Origin: Candidatus Saccharimonadales bacterium
GTDB taxonomy: Bacteria > Patescibacteriota > Saccharimonadia > Saccharimonadales > JBBQAJ01
Assembly: GCA_038206875.1 (NCBI GenBank)
Contig: JBBRAK010000004.1
Location: forward strand, 3,174 to 67,173
Direction: 5' to 3'
DNA: 64,000 nucleotides
In this document: positions 37,979 to 45,860 of the stretch, one piece after another
Numbering within the stretch: the stretch's first letter is position 1
Layout: each line of letters opens with the position of its first letter
Notes under the pieces: generated by a model
Told to the model about the DNA's origin: nothing
Seen by the model: the letters and a program-made list of their open reading frames with translations, nothing else
Databases searched by the model: none
Translations under genes and position numbers: made by a program

Positions 37979-38148
37979 TATGGAGCCACCTGTCGGATAT
38001 CGCACGGCTACGCCGTACTCCTTCCTGCGATGCTCGTAAACAAGAAATATATTTCATGTTTTCTGCGCTTCTCGTCCGCCGAACCTTCGGTTCTCATCAG
38101 ATCATTCGCATAATTATTGTAACAAGTATTTACTTCTTACAATAATTA
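37979..38148 (-). repeat. insert downstream of tRNA-Thr(TGT) ending in an exact 18-20-nt copy of the tRNA 3' end
   Basis: TATGGAGCCACCTGTCGGAT (37979-37998) is identical to 38147-38166. The identity breaks inside GATATC, at the same T-loop position as the Tyr-linked insert. Confidence 0.75.
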
Positions 38149-38149
38149 T
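38110..38149 (-). other. long AT-rich hairpin immediately after tRNA-Thr(TGT)
   Basis: ATAATTATTGTAA (38110-38122) / TTACAATAATTAT (38137-38149), a perfect 13-bp inverted repeat. Confidence 0.6.
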
Positions 38150-38225
38150 GGAGCCACCTGTCGGATTCGAACCGACGACCTACTGTTTACAAAACAGTCG
38201 CTCTAACCAACTGAGCTAAGGTGGC
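38149..38225 (-). tRNA. tRNA-Thr (TGT), CCA encoded
   Basis: Manual fold: acceptor GCCACCT/AGGTGGC, anticodon loop TTTGTAA, T-arm GTCGG TTCGAAT CCGAC. 77 nt. Confidence 0.93.
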
Positions 38226-38243
38226 ATGTAACAGTTCTAAAGT

Positions 38244-38270
38244 GTAGCAAATACTCAGTATTTTTGCTAC
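38244..38270. promoter_or_regulatory. palindrome between the divergent tRNA genes
   Basis: GTAGCAAATACT C AGTATTTTTGCTAC (8-12 bp arms) in the 64-nt divergent promoter region. Confidence 0.3.
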
Positions 38271-38289
38271 TATGCCTTGGTTAAATTTT

Positions 38290-38364
38290 GCCGTCGTAGC
38301 TCAGTGGTAGAGCATCGCCATGGTAAGGCGGGGGTCAGGAGTTCAAGTCTCCTCGACGGCTCCA
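38290..38364 (+). tRNA. tRNA-Thr (GGT), CCA encoded
   Basis: Manual fold: acceptor GCCGTCG/CGACGGC, anticodon loop ATGGTAA, T-arm AGGAG TTCAAGT CTCCT. 75 nt. Confidence 0.93.
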
Positions 38365-38367
38365 GTA

Positions 38368-38396
38368 TTGCATAGTACATCCTAATCTGTTAAAAT
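38368..38396 (+). promoter_or_regulatory. rpmG promoter
   Basis: TTGCAT (38368-38373), 17-nt spacer, TAAAAT (38391-38396). ATG lies 10 nt downstream. Confidence 0.55.
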
Positions 38397-38406
38397 CTAA
38401 TCCCAT

Positions 38407-38610
38407 ATGGCTAAAAAAGGCGGAAAAAGAAAGATAATTGGCTTGGTGTCGGAAGAGTCTGGGCACAGGCACTATTACACTCGTAAAAACACTATGAACA
38501 CACCCGACAAACTTGAACTCAAGAAATACGACCCAGTACTACGGAAACACGTTTTGTACGTAGAAACCAAAAAGTCTCTAGGTCGTAACGAAGTAAAGAA
38601 AAAGAAGTAA
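38407..38610 (+). CDS. rpmG: 50S ribosomal protein L33 (Cys-free type, Lys-rich C-terminal tail)
   Basis: [34 protein letters not shown]. Confidence 0.93.
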   Translation: MAKKGGKRKIIGLVSEESGHRHYYTRKNTMNTPDKLELKKYDPVLRKHVLYVETKKSLGRNEVKKKK

Positions 38611-38709
38611 TATAGCAAACTTGGGTAAGTATTTTGTTTTTTAGCAGACGATCAAGCTAATGACAAAACATCGTAAATCGGCTATGATAACTCCGTACGA
38701 TGACACTAT

Positions 38710-38786
38710 AGGGGCGTAGCTCAGCTGGTTAGAGCGTTGGTCTCCAAAACCAAAGGCCGCGGGTTCGAATCCCTCCGCCCCTGCCA
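38710..38786 (+). tRNA. tRNA-Trp (CCA), CCA end encoded
   Basis: Manual fold: acceptor AGGGGCG/CGCCCCT, anticodon loop CTCCAAA, T-loop TTCGAAT (one C-U mismatch in the T stem). Confidence 0.88.
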
Positions 38787-38790
38787 TGCT

Positions 38791-38817
38791 TTGCAACAGA
38801 GACATAAAAGTTATAAT
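38791..38817 (+). promoter_or_regulatory. candidate promoter of the kinase/DUF45 genes
   Basis: TTGCAA (38791-38796), 15-nt spacer, TATAAT (38812-38817). ATG lies 10 nt downstream. Confidence 0.45.
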
Positions 38818-38827
38818 ATATTAGTCT

Positions 38828-39490
38828 ATGCAGAAACTATTGCTATCGCAACCAACCATTTTTATACTATATGGGTTTCCAGGTTCAGGTAAAACTTTTT
38901 TTGCAAGGCAGTTATGTGAAGAGTTGCAAGCAGCGCACTTACAAGGCGATAGGGTTCGATTTGAGCTCTTCGACCAGCCACGCTACGACAGACGTGAAAA
39001 TGAGATTGTTAGACATTTGATGGACTACATGACAGAAGAATTTATACAAGCGGGAGTTAGCGTAGTATATGATGCCAACGCCATCAGAGCTAGTCAGCGT
39101 AAATCCATGCGTGAACTTGCGCTAAAAAACAAAGCAAAATCTGTACTTGTTTGGTTCCAGACAGACCTGGAAAGTGCCTATGAACGCGTTTCTGGTCGGG
39201 ATCGTCGCAAAGCGGATGACAAATACACCGCAGAGCTAAACCGGACACAATTTGACTCTATCACACAGGGGATGCAAAACCCCACCAGAACTGAAAGCTA
39301 CATAGTTATTAGTGGTAAACGAACTTTTCAGACTCAGAGAAGTGCGATTATCAAAAAACTTTATGATATGGGACTTTTACAGTCAGAACAAACAACAGCT
39401 GGTTTGGCAAAACCAAACTTGGTTAATCTAGTCCCAAACATGAGTGGTGGTAGAGTAGACCCATCCAGGCGTAACATTACAATTAGATAA
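38828..39490 (+). CDS. P-loop kinase (AAA_33 / zeta-toxin-like fold)
   Basis: Walker A YGFPGSGKTFFA, then VVYDAN. Substrate unknown. Confidence 0.7.
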   Translation: MQKLLLSQPTIFILYGFPGSGKTFFARQLCEELQAAHLQGDRVRFELFDQPRYDRRENEIVRHLMDYMTEEFIQAGVSVVYDANAIRASQRKSMRELALKNKAKSVLVWFQTDLESAYERVSGRDRRKADDKYTAELNRTQFDSITQGMQNPTRTESYIVISGKRTFQTQRSAIIKKLYDMGLLQSEQTTAGLAKPNLVNLVPNMSGGRVDPSRRNITIR

Positions 39491-39492
39491 TT

Positions 39493-40206
39493 TTGGCACA
39501 AAAACTCATAAACCTATCAGGAGTTGGAGCAGTTAAGCTCCAAAAACGAAAAAGAGCAAAAAGAATACGGCTTTCTGTTGGTCATGACGGAGTTATACGG
39601 GTATCACTGCCTGTATGGACACCCTACAAAGCTGGTGAAATGTTTGCACTAAGTAAGAAAGACTGGATTTTGAGCCAGCTTATAGATAAACGAAATCAAG
39701 ATATTTTACATAACCATAGAATTGGCAAAAACCATCGCGTAAAGTTTGTGATTGTCGACTCAGGTAAAGTCTCGTGTCGAATAACCGACACAGAAGTCAT
39801 AGTTCGAGTGTCAAGAACTAAAAGCACATCTGATGAAGATGTCCAGAAAAAACTTCACGCAGGTGCTATCAGAGCTTTAAAACAAGAAGCAAAGAACTTA
39901 CTACCGCAAAAACTAGACATGTTAGCTCAAAAATATGACTTTAGGTACAAAAACGTAAACATTAAACAGCTCAAAACTAGGTGGGGGAGCTGTAGTTCGA
40001 ATAGTGAGATAGTGCTAAATTGCTTTTTGATGCAACTACCCTGGGAACTAATTGATTATGTGCTCTTGCACGAGTTAGTTCACACGCAAGTAATGGCGCA
40101 TGGAGGCAAGTTTTGGAGCGAACTTTCAAAGTATGTTTCAGACTTGCAAAACAAAAAGAAGTTGATAAAAAAATACCACCCCACACTACTGCCTGAGATA
40201 AATTGA
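39493..40206 (+). CDS. DUF45/YgjP-like metal-dependent hydrolase
   Basis: TTG start. RWGSCSS...IDYVLLHELVHTQVMAHGGKFW (HExxH plus a downstream H). Confidence 0.75.
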   Translation: MAQKLINLSGVGAVKLQKRKRAKRIRLSVGHDGVIRVSLPVWTPYKAGEMFALSKKDWILSQLIDKRNQDILHNHRIGKNHRVKFVIVDSGKVSCRITDTEVIVRVSRTKSTSDEDVQKKLHAGAIRALKQEAKNLLPQKLDMLAQKYDFRYKNVNIKQLKTRWGSCSSNSEIVLNCFLMQLPWELIDYVLLHELVHTQVMAHGGKFWSELSKYVSDLQNKKKLIKKYHPTLLPEIN

Positions 40207-40225
40207 CAACAAACTAGGGCCTCTT

Positions 40226-40234
40226 TGTTACAAT
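40226..40234 (+). promoter_or_regulatory. extended -10 promoter of the histidine kinase gene
   Basis: TGtTACAAT, then 6 nt, then ATG 40241. Confidence 0.45.
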
Positions 40235-40240
40235 ATGCTT

Positions 40241-41371
40241 ATGCCTAACGACTTCGACAATTTAGTACAGGAAACGTTATCTGGTGACCAACAACCAGAC
40301 GTAGAACTAGAACGAGAAAGATTGACGAGCCTGATTAACAGCATGGGGGATGGGGTTTTAGCAGTAGATGAAAACTTCAATATCGTAGTAACGAACGGTG
40401 CCGCCCTCAACATACTGGACGTCAATACAACTTTATCGGGTCAAAAGCTATACACTGTTCTAAAGCTACTGGATAAAACAAACGAAGAACTTGATTTACA
40501 AAAGCTTATTTCTTCCAAAAATACGTCTCAAGCCTCACGAGAATGGCGTATAAAATACTCTGATGGCAGTTTAGTCAATCTATATGTCAGTATAGCGCCT
40601 GTGCGGTTAGGATATGGAAAACGTGGCATGAAAGGCTATGTTATTTTGCTTCGTGATATAACACGTGAAAAATCGTTAGAAGAAGAAAGGGACGAATTTA
40701 TAAGCGTAGTGAGTCACGAACTTCGTACGCCAATTACTATAGCAGAAGGGAATATAAGTAACGCAGAGTACATTCTAGAAAAATCTGGACTAAACAATCA
40801 AGGGATTCATGATGCCCTTGCACAAGCTCATTCACAAGTGGAATTTTTAGCTGGACTAATAAACGACCTGGCTACCCTATCACGAGCAGAAAGAGGTGAA
40901 CTACACGTGGAAAGTGAGTCCATAAATGCTCACTCACTAGTCGAAGAGCTAGTATCTGACTACAATCCTCAAGCTGTCGCAAAAGGGCTAAAACTAACAA
41001 GTGAGCTTGACCCTACCCTTGAATTACTAGATTCTTCAAAGCTATATGTGCGTGAAATTTTGCAAAATTTTATCACTAACTCTATAAAATATACTGAAAA
41101 AGGTGGTGTCACTATTGGTGCCTCCTCAAAAGAAAACGGCATTGAATTTACCGTATCAGACACCGGTATCGGAATAAGCAAAAACGATCAGGCAAAAGTT
41201 TTTGACAAATTTTTTCGTTCTGAAGATTTTCGAACTCGCGAAAGCAACGGCACCGGGCTTGGTCTATACGTTACTATGAAGCTAGCGAACTTGATACATG
41301 CCAAAATTAGCCTCGTAAGTGAGCTTAACAAGGGAACAGTTTTCATAATTTTTATACCAAACATGAAGTAG
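40241..41371 (+). CDS. cytoplasmic sensor histidine kinase (PAS-HisKA-HATPase); no adjacent response regulator
   Basis: H-box SHELRTPIT, N-box NFITNSIKYT, DTGIGI, GTGLGL. The ORF track starts at 40235; ATG 40241 is preferred (leaderless spacing). Confidence 0.88.
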   Translation: MPNDFDNLVQETLSGDQQPDVELERERLTSLINSMGDGVLAVDENFNIVVTNGAALNILDVNTTLSGQKLYTVLKLLDKTNEELDLQKLISSKNTSQASREWRIKYSDGSLVNLYVSIAPVRLGYGKRGMKGYVILLRDITREKSLEEERDEFISVVSHELRTPITIAEGNISNAEYILEKSGLNNQGIHDALAQAHSQVEFLAGLINDLATLSRAERGELHVESESINAHSLVEELVSDYNPQAVAKGLKLTSELDPTLELLDSSKLYVREILQNFITNSIKYTEKGGVTIGASSKENGIEFTVSDTGIGISKNDQAKVFDKFFRSEDFRTRESNGTGLGLYVTMKLANLIHAKISLVSELNKGTVFIIFIPNMK

Positions 41372-41398
41372 TTTCTAAATTTGACGTTTGACTATTTT

Positions 41399-42874
41399 TT
41401 ATACTTTTGGCAATCGTGGAATTACATGCATAACAGGGATACAGATATTCCTATCTTTCCATTCAATTGTTAAAAATTCGTATTGAACCATTGATATATA
41501 ACCAATCACCATCTCGCTGATTGCGGCTACAGGGAAGCTAACAACAGCAAAAAGACTGTTTTCAGGGTCGGTGATGCTTACAATTGTAACGTGCGAAATC
41601 ACAAGCAGAACACATGTTATACCAACTAACAGTGCATTGATAGAATTCTCCCAAACACTTGCTACAAGAAAAGCAAACGGTAATACAAGAAATAGTAAAT
41701 TGATAGCCGTTAGCAAAAGTGCCCACTCCGGGCGCCTACGAATCTGTGGATACCTATTTCGTATTGCAGTATGAAGCTGTTCACTAAAATTCTTGTTTGT
41801 TTTTACTTCAAGCTCGTTGCTACTTCTAACAAAACTATACTTATCTTCCTTAGCTAGTTCTCTAGCAAAAAAGCCTTCTGGGATGATTGCATGGCTTACA
41901 GAACCAAATCCACCAAGCTTTCTCAAAGATTCTCTTTCAATCATCCAGCAGGTGTTAAGTACCGGCGGTCTATTGAATAATCTTCTTGGCAAAGCAAGCT
42001 CCCACCAGTAGCGCATTGGCTGTATAAAGGCATCCATAGCGGTGCTTGCACTACGGACAGGCAAAACACTTAGCATTGATTTGTTCCTATTCTTCAGTAA
42101 GTTCACCATACTCCTGATTGCCTGACTGCCTATCCTTGTATCAACGCCACAGAAAAGCACAAAGTCGCCACTGGATTCGACTAAAAGCTGTTCATACGCC
42201 TGGTTTTTTGCTAACCATCTTTCGGCAGGTGGCTGCCCCTTCACGAACCTAACCCCTTTTTGAGCATAGCTTTTGATGATTTCAGCAGTTTTCCCCTGTG
42301 AACAGTCATCCAAAACAATGACTTCAAGTTTAGGGTAGTCGTTTGCTAGTACTGCGTTCAAACACTCCTGAAGTGAGACTGTTTCGTTCCGGGCTGGAAT
42401 TGCAACCGTAACTGTGGGTAGCTCATTATCAACCAAATATTTTTCTGGCATATGAAATCTTAGCTTCATAACATTCTTTTGAACCACTATTAGTATGCTG
42501 CCGGCTATGATTAATTGTAAATAAACGACTAAATCAACGATGTTTGACCTTTCCATAAAATACCCTAAACTCAATACCGAAATTACCACAGGATATATCA
42601 AAAATAGATGTAGGCTGGTCTGAGCAGTGGCTCGTCTCAGGTAAGCTTGGTGCATTCGATTTTTTAGAATTCTCATCATATTCAGAATTCTAAAAACCGC
42701 AATCAACCCAATTGGCAATCCAATGATTAGATTAACCTTCATTAGGAGCCAAACATTTGTAGAAATTATTAACAACGCAATAATTACAGACAGAGTTCTC
42801 TTGATTCTCCATAAAAATGTGACGCTAAACAGCAGTCCCTCAAATGCGAGCGTCAAAAACCACAATTCATACAT
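41399..42874 (-). CDS. membrane-embedded family 2 glycosyltransferase
   Basis: VTVAIPARNE...LEVIVLDDCSQGKT, flanked by multiple N- and C-terminal TM segments. Confidence 0.8.
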   Translation of the reverse strand: MYELWFLTLAFEGLLFSVTFLWRIKRTLSVIIALLIISTNVWLLMKVNLIIGLPIGLIAVFRILNMMRILKNRMHQAYLRRATAQTSLHLFLIYPVVISVLSLGYFMERSNIVDLVVYLQLIIAGSILIVVQKNVMKLRFHMPEKYLVDNELPTVTVAIPARNETVSLQECLNAVLANDYPKLEVIVLDDCSQGKTAEIIKSYAQKGVRFVKGQPPAERWLAKNQAYEQLLVESSGDFVLFCGVDTRIGSQAIRSMVNLLKNRNKSMLSVLPVRSASTAMDAFIQPMRYWWELALPRRLFNRPPVLNTCWMIERESLRKLGGFGSVSHAIIPEGFFARELAKEDKYSFVRSSNELEVKTNKNFSEQLHTAIRNRYPQIRRRPEWALLLTAINLLFLVLPFAFLVASVWENSINALLVGITCVLLVISHVTIVSITDPENSLFAVVSFPVAAISEMVIGYISMVQYEFLTIEWKDRNICIPVMHVIPRLPKV

Positions 42875-42984
42875 ATTGTTATCATACTACGTAGTAGTTA
42901 TGATGTTATAAAGTACTTTTTAAATTGGAACTATATATAGTTACAGACTTTAAATATATCGTAAAGGTATTGCAAATTGGCATC

Positions 42985-42992
42985 TGTATGAT
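42985..42992 (+). promoter_or_regulatory. candidate promoter of the secE-nusG operon
   Basis: TG + TATGAT (42985-42992). Confidence 0.4.
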
Positions 42993-43007
42993 ATATTGAC
43001 ATCAGCG

Positions 43008-43034
43008 GAACCTATACATAGGTTCTTTTTATTT
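43008..43034 (+). terminator. terminator-like hairpin in the very short secE leader
   Basis: GAACCTA TACA TAGGTTC followed by TTTTTATTT. A GGAG RBS and ATG 43043 follow immediately. Confidence 0.55.
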
Positions 43035-43042
43035 GGAGACAT

Positions 43043-43456
43043 ATGGCAGAACGTAAAAAACCCAGCATCAAGCGACAGTTGAAAAAATCTTCGACTGTTA
43101 GAGAGCGAGCCGAAAAATTTGGCGGGGTTGTAAAGAACCGTCGCATAAAACAGGCTCACAGCTCAATCTTGCGTGTGATAAAGCCAATTAGACAGGTTTC
43201 TAAATCAGGCCGTAGAGAATATTATCTGCCTCTGCCTGATAACAAAATTGGTCGATTCCTAAACAAACGACGCAGGATTATACCAAGCTATTTCCGCAAT
43301 GCATGGGCAGAATTGCGTCAAGTTAAATGGCCGAACAACAGGGAAACAATCAAATTAACGTTCGCAGTGTTTGTTTTTGCAATATTTTTTATGTTATTTA
43401 TTTCAGCAGCTGATTTTGGGTTAGATAAAGTGTTTAAAAAACTTATTTTGAAGTAG
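43043..43456 (+). CDS. secE: preprotein translocase subunit SecE (basic N-terminal extension)
   Basis: C-terminal AWAELRQVKWPNNRETIKLTFAVFVFAIFFMLFI. Position before nusG. Confidence 0.88.
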   Translation: MAERKKPSIKRQLKKSSTVRERAEKFGGVVKNRRIKQAHSSILRVIKPIRQVSKSGRREYYLPLPDNKIGRFLNKRRRIIPSYFRNAWAELRQVKWPNNRETIKLTFAVFVFAIFFMLFISAADFGLDKVFKKLILK

Positions 43457-43466
43457 GAGAAATTTG

Positions 43467-44009
43467 ATGGTAAAAAGATACGATGCAACAAAACAATGGT
43501 ATGCAATTCATACATATAGTGGATATGAGGAGAAAGTAGCCGAAAGTATACGTCAGAGAACAGAGAGCCTGGATATGAAAGACAAAATCATCCAAGTTCT
43601 TGTGCCAAAAGAAAAAATGATTGAAGTAAAAAATGGCAAAAGAAAAGTAGTTGAAAAGCGAATTTTCCAGGGCTATGTATTGGTTCAGATAAAGATGACT
43701 GAAGATGCTTGGTACATTGTTCGTAACACCCCCTCAGTTACGGGTTTTGTGGGTAGCGGAACAGACCCAACGCCAATAAGCGATGATGAGATAGACAAAA
43801 TCATGAAGCGTATGGGTCGTGACGAGCCAAAACACAAGATAGATTACAAGATTGGTGAAGTTGTAAACATCGTAGATGGACCATTCAAAGGCTTTGACGG
43901 CAGTATAAATGAAGTTGACCAAACCAAAGGCAAACTAAAAGTCCTTGTAAACATGTTTGGACGAGAAACTCCCGTAGAACTCGACAGTCTACAAGTCAAA
44001 CGCGTATAG
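43467..44009 (+). CDS. nusG: transcription termination/antitermination factor NusG
   Basis: WYAIHTYSGYEEKV; KOW pattern GEVVNIVDGPFKGFDG. ATG 43467 lies 7 nt after GGAG (the ORF track TTG 43464 is an alternative). Confidence 0.95.
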   Translation: MVKRYDATKQWYAIHTYSGYEEKVAESIRQRTESLDMKDKIIQVLVPKEKMIEVKNGKRKVVEKRIFQGYVLVQIKMTEDAWYIVRNTPSVTGFVGSGTDPTPISDDEIDKIMKRMGRDEPKHKIDYKIGEVVNIVDGPFKGFDGSINEVDQTKGKLKVLVNMFGRETPVELDSLQVKRV

Positions 44010-44011
44010 TC

Positions 44012-44254
44012 ATGTCAGAGCTAGAGCCAAATCAGCAACTGGAGTTGCCAAAGATCATATCCATTGGCGCTAAGGTTGGTGGAGTTGCACTTATATCTGA
44101 GGCAGTACTGGTAATGGGGATTGAAATAGTACAGGATTCACTCAATACTACCCAGGCTCTGAAGTCTGGGTTAGGGGCTCTACTAGGAGCAGGCGCTCTG
44201 TTTGCATCCCGGCTCATTGACAAAGCATATGGATGGACTAGACAACAGGGGTAA
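44012..44254 (+). CDS. hypothetical 80-aa small membrane protein between nusG and rplK
   Basis: Starts 2 nt after the nusG stop. Two Gly/Ala-rich hydrophobic segments (IISIGAKVGGVALISEAVLVMGI; GLGALLGAGALFASRLI). Confidence 0.55.
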   Translation: MSELEPNQQLELPKIISIGAKVGGVALISEAVLVMGIEIVQDSLNTTQALKSGLGALLGAGALFASRLIDKAYGWTRQQG

Positions 44255-44305
44255 TTTGTAGTACAATCTACAAGTTACGCACTTGGTTACATGCTTTAGT
44301 AACCA
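44239..44305 (+). promoter_or_regulatory. rplK promoter and leader hairpin
   Basis: TAGACA (44239-44244), 17-nt spacer, TACAAT (44262-44267). Leader stem TGGTTAC (44284-44290) / GTAACCA (44299-44305). AAGGAG RBS. Confidence 0.5.
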
Positions 44306-44327
44306 TTAATGCAAGGAGAATACTACT

Positions 44328-44753
44328 ATGGCCAAAAAGGTCACGGCAAATTTGAAAATGAAAATCAAAGGTGGGCAAGCAAGCGCAGCTCCTCCCGTAG
44401 GTAGTACGCTTGGTCAATATGGCGTAAATATGATGGACTTCATAGGCCCATTCAATGACGCTACAAAAGACCAAATGGGCCAGGATTTAACTGTACATAT
44501 TGCTATTTATGAAGACAGAAGCATGAGCTTTCGAACCGTAGGCATACCCACAGACGATCTCATACGAAAAGCCCTAGGTATACAAAAAGGCTCTGGCAAA
44601 CCTAACACTGAAAAAATTTCTAAAAAACTATCTGAATCACAGCTCACCGAAATTGCTGAGACAAAAGCAGGCGACATGAACACAGATGATATTCCAGCAG
44701 TCAAAAAAATAGTTGCGGGAACCGCCCGAAGCATGGGAGTGGAAATAGAATAG
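44328..44753 (+). CDS. rplK: 50S ribosomal protein L11
   Basis: KIKGGQASAAPPVGSTLGQYGVNMMDF. Confidence 0.97.
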   Translation: MAKKVTANLKMKIKGGQASAAPPVGSTLGQYGVNMMDFIGPFNDATKDQMGQDLTVHIAIYEDRSMSFRTVGIPTDDLIRKALGIQKGSGKPNTEKISKKLSESQLTEIAETKAGDMNTDDIPAVKKIVAGTARSMGVEIE

Positions 44754-44807
44754 AAATAACCATAATTGTGGGAGGACATAGACCGTTTGCACCACGAAGG
44801 AGAAAAT

Positions 44808-45818
44808 ATGTCAGTTAAGTCAAAACCTGAAAGTAAATCAAAAACCACAAAGGATGTTAAAACAAAGCAAGCTAAAGAAGTTACTAAGCCAAAGGTTGAT
44901 GCAACTGTAGACACGAAAACACCGGAAGACTCCAAGTCAAAGGAAGCAAAATCTGAAGTTGTCAGTGAATCAAAATCGACTGCTAAGTCTGGCAAACGAA
45001 GCGACAAAGGCATAAAAGAAGCTGAAGATAAACAATCCAGGCTTGAACAGCAAGCGAAGGTACACACGGACCTAGACAGCAAAGCAAAACCCACCAAACC
45101 TAAACATGTTCAAAACATTCGCACCAAGCTAGAACGAAGCTCAAAAGGCTACAGGAAAGCCTCGGAACTTCTTGAAACTGGAAAAGTTTATTCCGTAAAA
45201 GAGGCTATGGAAGTGATAGTAAAAACCAGCCCAGTCAAATTTGACGCAACAGTCGAACTTCACGTACGACTAGGGATTGACCCTAAGCAAGCAGATCAAA
45301 ATATACGAGACATCGTAACTTTGCCAGCCGGAACTGGCAAAACATTGCGTGTTGCAGTATTTGCCGAAACCGAACTGGCAGCCGCAGCAAAAAAAGCAGG
45401 AGCAGACATATCATCTGGTGACGAATTTTTACAACAGTTAGAAAAAGGTACAATTGATTTTGACATCTTAATTGTTACGCCATCACAGATGCCAAAGCTT
45501 GGCAAATTTGCAAGATTGTTAGGTCCCAAAGGACTTATGCCAAACCCAAAAAGCGGTACTGTTACACAAGACGTCGTAAAAGCAGTTACTGAAGCAAAAG
45601 CCGGTCGGCTAGAATACCGCGTTGATAGTACTGGGATTATCCATGTGGGGATAGGGAAAGTAAGTTTTGGTCCCGAAAAATTGCTACAAAATGCTCAAGC
45701 ATTATTCACTAGTGTCAAAAACAACAAACCGTCCACGCTAAAGGCTGTATACGTAAAATCAATCTTTGCGACTACAAGCATGGGTCCGAGTATTTCAATA
45801 GAATTATCGTCTGTATAG
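44808..45818 (+). CDS. rplA: 50S ribosomal protein L1 with ~110-aa Lys/Ser/Glu-rich N-terminal extension
   Basis: ORF 44766-45818. Start moved to ATG 44808 behind GAAGGAG. L1 core from about KGYRKASELLE... (FDATVELHVRLGIDPKQADQNIR, LGPKGLMPNPKSGTV). Confidence 0.93.
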   Translation: MSVKSKPESKSKTTKDVKTKQAKEVTKPKVDATVDTKTPEDSKSKEAKSEVVSESKSTAKSGKRSDKGIKEAEDKQSRLEQQAKVHTDLDSKAKPTKPKHVQNIRTKLERSSKGYRKASELLETGKVYSVKEAMEVIVKTSPVKFDATVELHVRLGIDPKQADQNIRDIVTLPAGTGKTLRVAVFAETELAAAAKKAGADISSGDEFLQQLEKGTIDFDILIVTPSQMPKLGKFARLLGPKGLMPNPKSGTVTQDVVKAVTEAKAGRLEYRVDSTGIIHVGIGKVSFGPEKLLQNAQALFTSVKNNKPSTLKAVYVKSIFATTSMGPSISIELSSV

Positions 45819-45824
45819 ACTAAC

Positions 45825-45854
45825 TAGACTTAGGTACCTCTCACAAAGTAAAAT
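45825..45854 (+). promoter_or_regulatory. promoter of the Nudix gene (leaderless spacing)
   Basis: TAGACT (45825-45830), 18-nt spacer, TAAAAT (45849-45854), 6 nt, ATG 45861. Confidence 0.5.
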
Positions 45855-45860
45855 ATATTC

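Noticed and set aside
37999-38110. CTGATGAG followed by a GAACC/GGTTC hairpin (minus strand of the Thr-linked insert), which looked like a hammerhead ribozyme core.
   Set aside because: The required GAAA and cleavage-site elements are not in register. The CUGAUGA box is absent from the homologous Tyr-linked insert.
37719-38148. Small ORFs inside the tRNA-linked inserts (27-46 codons on either strand).
   Set aside because: The reading frames are not shared between the two homologous copies and there are no consistent start codons.
42950-43159. A 69-aa minus-strand ORF overlapping the secE promoter, leader and start.
   Set aside because: It runs antisense across a well-supported promoter/RBS/start region and has no RBS.
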